NCBI GenBank assembly: GCA_964016885.1
Contig: OZ024740.1
Span: 402,814,001 to 402,878,000, forward strand
Direction of reading: 5' to 3'
DNA from: Eledone cirrhosa
Taxonomy: Eukaryota
DNA length: 64,000 nucleotides
The notes under the pieces: model-generated
What the model was told of the DNA's origin: nothing
Databases searched by the model: none
Seen by the model: only the letters and a program-made list of their open reading frames with translations
Shown: positions 28,186-37,630 of the stretch, piece by piece
How the letters are laid out: each line of letters starts with the position of its first letter
Numbering within the stretch: the stretch's first letter is position 1
Translations under genes and position numbers: made by a program

Positions 28186-30730
28186 TCTTTATTAGCCACA
28201 GGGGCACAAAAGAAGGGGACAAATACAAAGGGGGAAGTTTACATACAATAAAAACGTGTAAAATGTTATCACAAATGGAATTTAAAAAGTTAGTCGATTT
28301 TCCCCAATAGATGGAGACAGTTTATATGGGTAACACATACTCCCGAAAAAAAATTCCATTCCAGTCCCCCAGTAAAAGCAAGGAGCGGGACGTTCCCAGA
28401 AAAGTCTCTAGACGTTTGAAGAAGTCTGGCCGCGGTGTCCCGGATGGGGCATATGCGGCCACCAGCCTGAAGGCTCCACCTTCACTACCGTCAACGTCTA
28501 GGACCACCAGTCGACCCTCCTGGTCCAGATGTACCGTCTGTGTTACGAGGCCCAGGTGTTTCCGCAGCAAAACGGCAACTCCGCCCCCACCCCCCGGTTG
28601 ACAGAGAGATGCGTAGATCTCAAAGTCATCGCCGTGGATCCTGGACTCGCAAATGGCTACCTGTCTGGATTGGTGGTGGTTTCCGGCGGGGTGGGGACGC
28701 AGATGTTTGGTGGGGTGGGGTCAGATGGGATGGGGGTGTCTGGGGTGGGGAGACATTTCAGAAGGACGCGGTTGAGTGATTTCACGCAGGAATTCCCCAC
28801 ATCCTTCTCAAATGTTTCTTTTAGGGACCTATAAGTTTGTATAGGGACCCTAATCAGTTTTAGGTTCAGTTTTTGGCTATTTTTAATAGAGTGGGCGAAA
28901 GTTTTCCCTTCGGTGAAAACCGAAGGGTCGTTCGTGATGGTCTCCATTGGTGTTTTGTTTTCAGTGTTTATGTAAGTGTAAGTATAATTTTCTTGTGTTG
29001 TGTTTGTTTTTGCCTGTAGTTCTTGTGTGTGCTTTCCTTTTGTTGTAGGTATTTTGTTTTCAGGAGTTGGGGGTTTTGTTTGTGATGTTTTTGTTGTTTG
29101 TGTTGGTGGTTGTATGTTTGTGGTAGTGTTTGCTGGTTTTTTGCTTTTGTGATGTCTTTTCTTTCTTTTCAAGTGATGGGGTTCTCCCTCGTCTTCACTG
29201 GGTGATGGTGAGATAGCCTCATCTGTTGTATCGTCTGTGTGATTGGGGAGGGGTATGTCTTGGGGAGTTGTTGTGTCTGTATGTGATTTTGCAGTGGTTT
29301 TAGGTGGAGTGGGGTTGGGTGGGACTGTGTTTGTTGTGGTTATTTTTGTGTGTTGGTGTTGTTGTTGTGGTGGTGTTGGTGGTTGTGTTGTTTTGATGGG
29401 TGTCGGCAGAAGAGCCTTTTTTTGGTTCATTAATTTAGGACAGGAAGCCCTCAGGTGACCCCTGCTAAAGCATAGGTAACATGAAGGCCGCCTACCCTCA
29501 ACCGAAAAGTTTATGTAGGTGAGTCCGTCCAGGAGTACACGCTGTGGTATCATAGCTATTCGCTCTGGGCTCATTTGCACCAGAACTTCAATGCTAGTCC
29601 CATTGAATACATCTCTGGGGGACTTGCCTACTGACAGTATTCTGTCTTCATCAAAATTGATGAAGCCGCACAGTATCCACCATATGTTCACCTTTGGTGT
29701 GACACTCGTGATTCTGATCTTTTGTGTCCTTTTTCCCATGTATGTAGGGAAAAAGGTGTACAGGTTGGATACAATTGGCGACACAGAGTAATTTTGGGCC
29801 GTCAATTGATCCTTCATGAGTACCGAAATACTCCCAAAAAGTTTGCTTCTTTGAATGAATGCAATATCATTCATTGAATTTTTGAAAACCAGTTCAATTT
29901 CTTTCTGTGACAATTGGACTGGTTTTCGGGTAGAATTGGAAACTGTCCTAAAAACTATCGTTTTGAGAGCAGTTTCCTTGCGAATTTCTACCGGAGAATT
30001 GATGCTGAAAGCACCATTTTTTTCGAAACTGACATATCTCCTAGCGTCCTTTAAAAGTTGCTCAGCATTTGTTATGTCGAGATATATCAATTCTTCCTTT
30101 TTTTAAACTTTCTCTGCATAGGAGATTTTTGGTTTCTTTGTGGAATCCGTATTGGTGGTGTTGTCATTATTGTTGTTATTGTTGTTGTTATTCTTGTTGT
30201 CACCGATGTTGGTATTATCCGTATTTTCCTTGGTGTTGTTGTTGTCTTTGATGCTGGTGTTATTGGTGTTGTCTTTATTTTTTTCTTTGTTGTTGTTATC
30301 ATTGTTGCTTTTATCATCATTATTGGTGTTGCTGTTATTTTTGTTGTCATTGAACTGTTTGGTGTCATTTGTGTTGTTTGGATATGAATTCGTTTTTACA
30401 TTTTCATTTCGTCTTTCCATCTCTATAGTATCTAGTGAAGAAGACGTTGTTGACTGCGAGCTTGGTAGTATTACCGCCTCTCCACCACCATTATCGTTGG
30501 ACGCAGCGTTCATAACGTAATCAAAATTTTACAATATTTTTTCCAAGATTCAGTGGAGAAAAAATTTTGAAATGGATATTCCGCCCCTGTAGGGGCGAAA
30601 ATGAGTTGACCCACCACCTGAAGGTTCAGACGGGGAGTCAAGTTACACAATGATATAAAATTTAACTAAAAACTCACGTTTTTTTCTTACATAAATTAAC
30701 GGAAACTTCTCCGCGAAGTTACACACGTCT
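28186..30730 (-). mobile_element. Tx1-like LINE copy C: 5'UTR + ORF1 + partial APE fused to the 3'UTR (internally deleted), subfamily 2
   Basis: ORF1 is homologous to ORF1 of copy B. An APE fragment (DDFEIYASLCQPGGG...LLLLGDWNGI) is joined directly to the distal 3'UTR. (GATA)n lies on both sides. Confidence 0.88.
28657..30513 (-). pseudogene. Tx1-type ORF1 (gag-like, CCHC zinc knuckle) with one frameshift at about 30100
   Basis: ATG at 30513, an Asn-rich N-terminus, a frameshift in the A-run after SYAEKV, the CYLCFSRGHLRASC knuckle and a Pro/Thr-rich tail. It aligns with 34534-36411. Confidence 0.8.

Positions 30731-30813
<83 letters not shown>
30731..30813. repeat. (GATA)n microsatellite between copies C and B
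   Basis: A perfect GATA run of about 20 units. Confidence 0.97.
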
Positions 30814-31046
30814 TTCTTTATTAGCCACAAGGGCGCAACAAGAAAGGGGACAATACAAAGACATGCCGGGGATTTTACATACAGTCGTGTAAAAAATATA
30901 AAAACAAACAATTTCAACAATCGAAATCCCCAATAGGGGGGAGGCGCCACAAATGGGTTGTTTAATACCCCGTCGATAGAACAACCCTCAACTCAAGGAG
31001 CGTGTTGTGCAAGTGCTCCTTTCTTCCTTTTGCTCTCTTCCTCAAC

Positions 31047-34000
31047 CTACAGGCTTATAAACAGAGAAGGCCCAATCACTCGGGCCATTTTCGCTTCATT
31101 CACCCACCTTTCAGTAAATTTACTGGGGTGCAGTGCCTCTCTCTCCACCCTGATTCTCCTTCTAAAGTGATACTTAAAGAATGGAATCAATTGTTGTCCG
31201 GAGAGAAAGGCATCTGTCCTCAGTCCTCTCAACCTCGTCCACCATATAACTTCTTTCACCATAGCCACCGTACAGAGGAAAACCGCCTCTTTCGTTTTTG
31301 AAAGAGTCTGGCGGTTTGATCCTTACTATGGACTCGGCAGTCAACTGTATTTGTCCCATACGCGACAGCAGTTGTTCTGCATAGTTCCACAGGTCGCTTA
31401 CGCCCGGGCAGTGTACAATTGCGTGCAGAACTGTTTCAATGTCCTGCGCACATCTTGGACACGTCCTCTTGGAAGGATCCCTGCCAGGGCGTCCGTGCCT
31501 GTAGATCTTGTCACGAACCGGTAGAGCTCCTCGGTAGCACTGCCAGGCCAGGGACCTCTGGAAGTTGTCCATAGGTCCCGGGCGGAAAATCCTACCAAAC
31601 ATACTGGTGAGCTCATCGTCTTCGACGCCCAGAGTCTCTCCGAGCACGTCGTCGCCCTTGTAACGTACAATCCCTCTATAGAATGTCGAAGTGGAGTCTC
31701 CACTGATTGCTGCGCCCGCTTGCCAGAGGACTGTGAGCGCCTGAGCGCATTCAATGTGCCAGGCGCCCATCGTTTTCGGTCTTTTCTTCACCCAGGACTG
31801 CAGTTCCGTTAGCGAGACGAGCTGTGGGAAAGCCTGTCTCACAAACGGTGCCCACACCGGTTGGGGGTCGGTGAGGAATACCTGGAGATGCCGCAGCCTC
31901 AACGCATGTTTGCGCATCATCAGCCACGGCATTCCCAGCCCTCCGTTGGAAGGGTGCTGACAGCAGACGGATCTCCTCACCAGCGGAGCCTGCTTCTTCC
32001 ACAGAAACTGGAAGAGCATGCGTTCCATCTTGGCGAGGTGTTCACGGGGACAAGGCACGACAGTCAAGCGGTAGTAGATGACGGACGCTATGAAAGTGTT
32101 CGCCACCTCCGCTCGACCTTTCAAGGACAGTTTGCACTCTGCCCACTTCTGAGTGAGTGCAAACACCTTGGCCGTGACCTCGTTCCAGTTTTTCTCCACC
32201 TGGAGGTCTGGACCGAACCAGACCCCGAGCAATTTCACCGGTCCGTCCGTCCAGCGTCCAACGACGCTGTCGGATGTCATCGGTTTGCCTCTCCACGTAC
32301 CGAGTTGCAAACCGACAGACTTGTCTGGGTTTAGTTTTGCTCCCGTCAGCGTTTCGTATTTTTTCAGTATGTTGCCGATCACCCCGATTTCCGAGGTGCT
32401 CGACACCATTACTGTCACGTCGTCGGCATAAGCCGACGCCGCTTTGCGCAGTCCCGGTTCTAGGGGGATGCCCTGCAACAGCTCCAATTTCCGCAGTAGT
32501 GGCTCTAGAGTCAATACATACAGAATGGAGGAGAGAGGGCATCCCTGTCGAATGGAACGCGTGATTTCGAACGGCTCCGATAGGTAGCCGTTCACCTTGA
32601 CCCTCGAGCAGATGCTGGTGTGCATCGCCTCGATCCATCCTCTGAACACGGGACCGAAACCGGCCGCCTTGAGAACCGCTTCCAAGTATCGATGGTCGAC
32701 CCTATCGAATGCCTTAGACTGATCCAAGTTGATCAGAGCCCCACCGAAGCCGGGTTTACTACCCACCCTCTCTATGATGTATCGCATGAGGTGGAGGTTG
32801 TCGTGTATGGACCTGGTCGGGATTGCACACGTTTGCGCTTTCCCTACCAGGTTCTCGACGACAAGCGCCAACCTCGTCGCTAGCACCTTGGCCAAAATCT
32901 TTAACTCTGTGTTGAGCAGAGTTATGGGCCTGAAGTTGTTAATTTCGTCCCCCTTGTTCTCGTCTTTCCTGATCAGCGTTACTACGCCCTTGCCTGCAGA
33001 ACTGGGAATTCTCCCGTTCTGCTGCCAATTGCAGTAGACGGCTTCGAGGACGCCAGAGAACAAGTCCGGCATGCCTATGTAAAATTCGTAGGGTAGACCA
33101 TCTAGACCGGGTGACTTGCGTTTCCCGCAGCGGCCCAGAGCGTCCCGTATCTCAGTGTCCGTGATCGGTCTTTCGCAGAACTCGGCGTCCGTGTTCGAGA
33201 GACGCGGTAGGCCGTCGAGGTATGAACTAAAGTCCATTGCCCCGTTCGGCTCACCGTCGTTCTGCTCAAACAGTCGCGCAAAGTGCCGCTGAAAGGCCGC
33301 GCACATTTGCTTGGGGGTCAAGTAGCACGCGCCCGTTTTGGTCTTTCAAAGACCGAATCGTGGACTTGTTGCCACTTTTTGCCTCCGCCACTCGGGCCCA
33401 GCTGACAGCTTTCGCTCCTTCGTTTCCTAGAGCACGTGTTTTGCTTCTGACCACGCAGCCTTCGTGTTTCGCATCGAAGAACTGGTCCAGTGCCGTTCTC
33501 GACGCTAACACTCTAGCCGCGTTGCCACTTCTAAGTGCCTCCTCTACCTTGGCTACTAGTTCTCTTTCTATTCTGTTTTTCTCTAAGGCTAACTCTCTGC
33601 TATACCCTATCGATTCTATTCTAATTGCTTTCTTGAGAGAGTACCACCATCGATTGTTGACGATGGCTCCCGTTAACTGTTGCTTGACTAGTTTACTTAT
33701 CCGTTCACTGTAAGCTTTACGTGCCGGCAACGACACGTTCAGCTTCCAGTATCCGGGACCCTGTCTATGTATTCTATCACGGTTGACTAAGCAGACGACT
33801 AACTTGTGATCTGAATAGGCAACCATGTGCATTCGTGGACAGCTTAACATATCCTTGTCCCTTTCTCTAATGAAGAACCTATCTAAATACGATCTAGATG
33901 TCCCACTGCGGTTTACCCACGTCCACTGTGGTGCAGTCGGGAAATCCAGTCGATACCTATCGGCCAGTTGGAATTGGCCGATTAAAGTTTTGAGGTTGTT

Positions 34001-34492
34001 GCACCCCGCTCTACTGGGACATGCTACCACATAGTCCCATCGTGCATCTAGGATACCATTCCAGTCCCCCACTAAAAGTAAGGAGCGAGACGTTCCCAGA
34101 AAAGACTCTAGACGCTTAAAGAAGTCTGGCCGTGATTGCGATTGCCCGGTCGGGGCATAAACGGCCACCAGTCTGAAGGCTCCACCTCCGATACTGTTCA
34201 CGTCTAGGACTACCAGTCTACCCTCCGGGTCCAAGTGTACTTGCTGTACTCCGACGTCCAGGTTCTTCCGAAACATAACAGCCACTCCACCTCCACCTCC
34301 TGGCTGACAGAGAGATGCGTAGATCTCAAAGTCGTCGAAGATGGGGGTTAGTTGCTGCCTGTTGTGGATTCTGGACTCGGTGATGGCTATCACATCCATA
34401 CTGTGTGACCTAAGGTCGTTTAAAAGTTGGCCCTGTTTCCAGAGCATCCCTAGGCCACGCACATTCACGGTTCCAACTCGTAAACCAGCCAT
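31047..34492 (-). pseudogene. Tx1-type ORF2: APE endonuclease + reverse transcriptase + C-terminal zinc finger, two frameshifts (about 33315 and 31288)
   Basis: APE motifs NVRG, GDWN, YLDR and SDH. RT motifs KSPGLDG, FRPITLLN, DQSKAFDRVDH, RQGCPLS and YADD. C-terminal CPRC..ETVLHAIVHC. The ORF is split across 33266-34492, 31174-33321 and 31047-31268. Confidence 0.93.
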
Positions 34493-34533
34493 GTTGGTGA
34501 AGAAAAGTTGGAGAAAAAGGACGAAAGGTGCAC

Positions 34534-36411
34534 TTACCTTTTCGTTTCCTGGAGATCGGGTTGTTCAATCTCCATTTGGGTGCTGGATGGGGTGTTGGGT
34601 GGGGTGGGGAAACCTTTCAACAGGACGCGGTTGATGGGTTTGTGGCAGGGGTTGCCCACGTCCTGTGAAAATTTAATTTTCAGGTCTTTATAGGTTTCCA
34701 TAGAAACCCTTATAAGTTTAAGGTGTGGAGACGATTCTGCCTTGACGAAAGTTTTGCCCTCCGTCTCCACCTTGGGGTTTTGGGAGATGACCTCCATCAA
34801 ACTCTTGTTGTTTGTGTTGATGTATGCGTATTGTTGTTTGTGTTTTTGTTGTATTGTTTTAGTTTGTTGTTCATCTGGGAGTTTTCTTTTTATGGTGGGT
34901 GCTTGTGTTTGGGGTGGTGTTGGTGCTGGTTTTGCTGATAGGGGGGTGTTTGACTGTGGTGTTGTTTGTGTTGTTGTTTGTGTCTGTGGTTGTGTGTTGG
35001 TGTTGGTGATTGGAGTTTTGGGGGTTTTGTGGTGTCTCTTTTTTTGTTTTTTGGATTTCCGCGGTTCTCCCTCTTCTTCACTTAAAGAAGGAGAAGCAGC
35101 TTCATCCGTCGATGAATAATCATCGTCAGGTGTGTGGGGTAAGGGTATGTTGTGTGGTGGTGGTGGTGTTTCGGTATGTGTGTTTGTGGTAGTGTTTGAT
35201 GGAGTGGGATGGAGTGGGGATGTGTTCTTCAGGGGTGTTGTCTCTGTTTTTTCTGTTGTTGTTGGTTGAGTGTCTGTTTGTTTTGGTGTGGTTGCTCGTT
35301 TCGTCTGTCGTTGTACTTGTGGTGTTGGTGGTGGTTGTTTTGGTGTTGGTGTTGGTAATAGCGTTTTTTTTATGATGTTGCTGTTGTGTGTTTGTGGACA
35401 AGAGGCTTTTAGGGGAGATGTGCTACCACAGCGAAAGCAGTGAAATTTTCTTCCTTCTACCGAAATGTTTATTTTGTTGTTATTATCAATAACGACTCTT
35501 TCGGATATTTTGGAGATTCTCTCCGGTTTCATTTGCAAAAGAATCTCCAAATCGGTGCCCGCCCACCTTTGTCGAATGGATTTTCGTATCGAAAGTATTA
35601 TGTCTGTTTCTGGCTCTACGAAGCCAGCCAAGATCCACCAGATGTTAATGCTTGGAGGTATGTTTTTTATTTTTATTTTGTGTGTCCTTTTCCCCATGTA
35701 AGTAGGGAAAAAGGTGTATGCTTTTGACACTATTGGTGTCACAGAGTTTTTTTGGGCCAGTGTCTCGCTTTTAAACAGTACGGAAACGCTTCCGTACTGT
35801 TTTCCTCGCTGGAGAAAATCGACATTTGCTAGAATCTCCTTGAAAGAATCTTCTATATCTGACTGATTAACAAATGTCGGTTTTCTTGACGAATTTGACA
35901 CAGTCCTAAAAGTGACTGATCGGCGGTTTGTGTCTTCCTTTATTTCAAGGGGTGAGTTAATTCTAAACCCACCTCTTTCTTCGAAAGTTACAAATTTTCT
36001 CCCTTGCTGGAGCATATCTCTTGCGTTGGAGATATCAAGATTTATAAAATCTTGTTTCTTGTTGACTGTGTCAGCAAAAGACATTTTCTTTTTTTGTGTG
36101 ATGTTGTTGTTGATAATGATGTTATCGTTGTTGGAAATTTTATGTGTAGATGTATCTGTAGAGTTGTTGATGTCTTTTTCATGTGTATGTATGTCAATGG
36201 GTTTTTTTGCCGTGTTTTCCCGTGTGTTATTGTCATTTTTCTCCGCTTCGGCGGTAGAAATTGTAACATTTTCAAATGTTGATATATTTTTTACTTTTGT
36301 GACAGTATCTATGGCAACGTCCATAGCAGCAGAAGCAGATATAACGTTAATATCTGCCTCTTTCTCTCTCTTTTCACTATTAACGTTCTCCAGCGTTCTA
36401 GTGTTGCTCAA
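34534..36411 (-). CDS. Tx1-type ORF1 (nucleic-acid-binding, degenerate zinc knuckle)
   Basis: A 625-codon open frame upstream of ORF2. It carries CFRCGSTSPLKASC (His replaced by Pro) and shares YTFFPTYMGKRT and INIWWIL with copy C. The start is uncertain (TTG at 36411 or ATG at about 36324). Confidence 0.85.
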   Translation of the reverse strand: MSNTRTLENVNSEKREKEADINVISASAAMDVAIDTVTKVKNISTFENVTISTAEAEKNDNNTRENTAKKPIDIHTHEKDINNSTDTSTHKISNNDNIIINNNITQKKKMSFADTVNKKQDFINLDISNARDMLQQGRKFVTFEERGGFRINSPLEIKEDTNRRSVTFRTVSNSSRKPTFVNQSDIEDSFKEILANVDFLQRGKQYGSVSVLFKSETLAQKNSVTPIVSKAYTFFPTYMGKRTHKIKIKNIPPSINIWWILAGFVEPETDIILSIRKSIRQRWAGTDLEILLQMKPERISKISERVVIDNNNKINISVEGRKFHCFRCGSTSPLKASCPQTHNSNIIKKTLLPTPTPKQPPPTPQVQRQTKRATTPKQTDTQPTTTEKTETTPLKNTSPLHPTPSNTTTNTHTETPPPPHNIPLPHTPDDDYSSTDEAASPSLSEEEGEPRKSKKQKKRHHKTPKTPITNTNTQPQTQTTTQTTPQSNTPLSAKPAPTPPQTQAPTIKRKLPDEQQTKTIQQKHKQQYAYINTNNKSLMEVISQNPKVETEGKTFVKAESSPHLKLIRVSMETYKDLKIKFSQDVGNPCHKPINRVLLKGFPTPPNTPSSTQMEIEQPDLQETKR

Positions 36412-36617
36412 GTTTTTTTTACTTTGTAAAATTTGATATTTTAAGACAAACTTTTAAATAAAATTTTCGCCCCTACAGGGGCGAAAAATGGGATTACCAC
36501 CCAGCTGACAATTCAGCTTGGGGGTTAATCTACAAAGTGTTGTATTTTTTTCAAACAATTAGATCGGTTTTTTGCATAGAAATTAACAAAAAACTTACCG
36601 GCGATATTCCACACGTT

Positions 36618-36641
36618 AGACAGATAGATAGATAGATAGAT
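36618..36641. repeat. (GATA)n between copies B and A
   Basis: Direct reading. Confidence 0.9.
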
Positions 36642-37630
36642 TTCTTTATTAGCCACAAGGGCGCAACAAGAAAGGGGACAATACAAAGACATGCCGGGGA
36701 TTTTACATACAGTCGTGTAAAAAATATAAAAATAAACAATTTCAACAATCGAAATCCCCAATAGGGGGGAGGCGCCACAAATGGGTTGTTTAATACCCCG
36801 TCGATAGAACAACCCTCAACTCGAGGAGCGTGTTGTGCAAGTACTCCTTTCTTCCTTTTGCTCTCCTCCTCAACCTACAGGCTTATAAACAGAGAAGGTC
36901 CAATCACTCGGGCCATTTTCGCTTCATTCACCCACCTTTCAGTAAATTTACTGGGGTGCAGTGCCTCTCTCTCCACCCTGATTCTCCTTCTAAAGTGATA
37001 CTTAAAGAAGGGAATCAATTGTTGTCCGGAAAGAAAGGCATCTGTCCTCAGTCCTCTCAACCTCGTCCACCATATAACTTCTTTCACCATAGCCACCATA
37101 CAGAGGAAAACCGCCTCGCTTTCGTTTTTGAAAGAGTCTGGCGGTTTGATCCTTACTATGGACTCGGCAGTCAACTGTATTTGTCCCATACGCGACAGCA
37201 GTTGTTCTGCATAGTTCCACAGGTCGCTTACGCCCGGGCAGTGTACAATTGCGTGCAGAACTGTTTCAATGTCCTGCGCACATCTTGGACACGTCCTCTT
37301 GGAAGGATCCCTGCCAGGGCGTCCGTGCCTGTAGATCTTGTCACGAACCGGTAGAGCTCCTCGGTAGCACTGCCAGGCCAGGGACCTCTGGAAGTTGTCC
37401 ATAGGTCCCGGGCGGAAAGTCCTACCAAACATACTGGTGAGCTCATCGTCTTCGACGCCCAGAGTCTCTCCGAGCACGTCGTCGCCCTTGTAACGTACAA
37501 TCCCTCTATAGAATGTCGAAGTGGAGTCTCCACTGATTGCTGCGCCCGCTTGCCAGAGGACTGTGAGCGCCTGAGCGCATTCAATGTGCCAGGCGCCCAT
37601 CGTTTTCGGTCTTTTCTTCACCCAGGACTG
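36642..37630 (-). mobile_element. Tx1-like LINE copy A: 5'-truncated, about 990 bp, nearly identical to the 3' end of copy B
   Basis: Matches 30814-31800 almost base for base and has an intact ORF2 C-terminus (36875-37621). The truncation point abuts (GATA)n at 37631-37654. Confidence 0.93.

Larger units (their letters stand above)
30814..36617 (-). mobile_element. Tx1-like (L1 group) non-LTR retrotransposon copy B, full length, about 5.8 kb, subfamily 1
   Basis: It has a 5'UTR, ORF1, ORF2 (APE-RT-CCHC) and a 3'UTR ending AATAAAGAAATC, with (GATA)n at both ends. Confidence 0.93.

Noticed and set aside
31398-34634. Overlapping and antisense ORFs within Tx1 ORF2
   Set aside because: They are shadow frames of GC-rich coding sequence with no independent motifs.
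30643-37630. LTR retrotransposon with about 1-kb direct repeats (30814-31800 and 36642-37630)
   Set aside because: The repeat is the ORF2 C-terminus plus 3'UTR of a separate truncated LINE copy, set off by (GATA)n. There are no TG..CA ends, PBS or integrase, and the enzyme is APE-RT.
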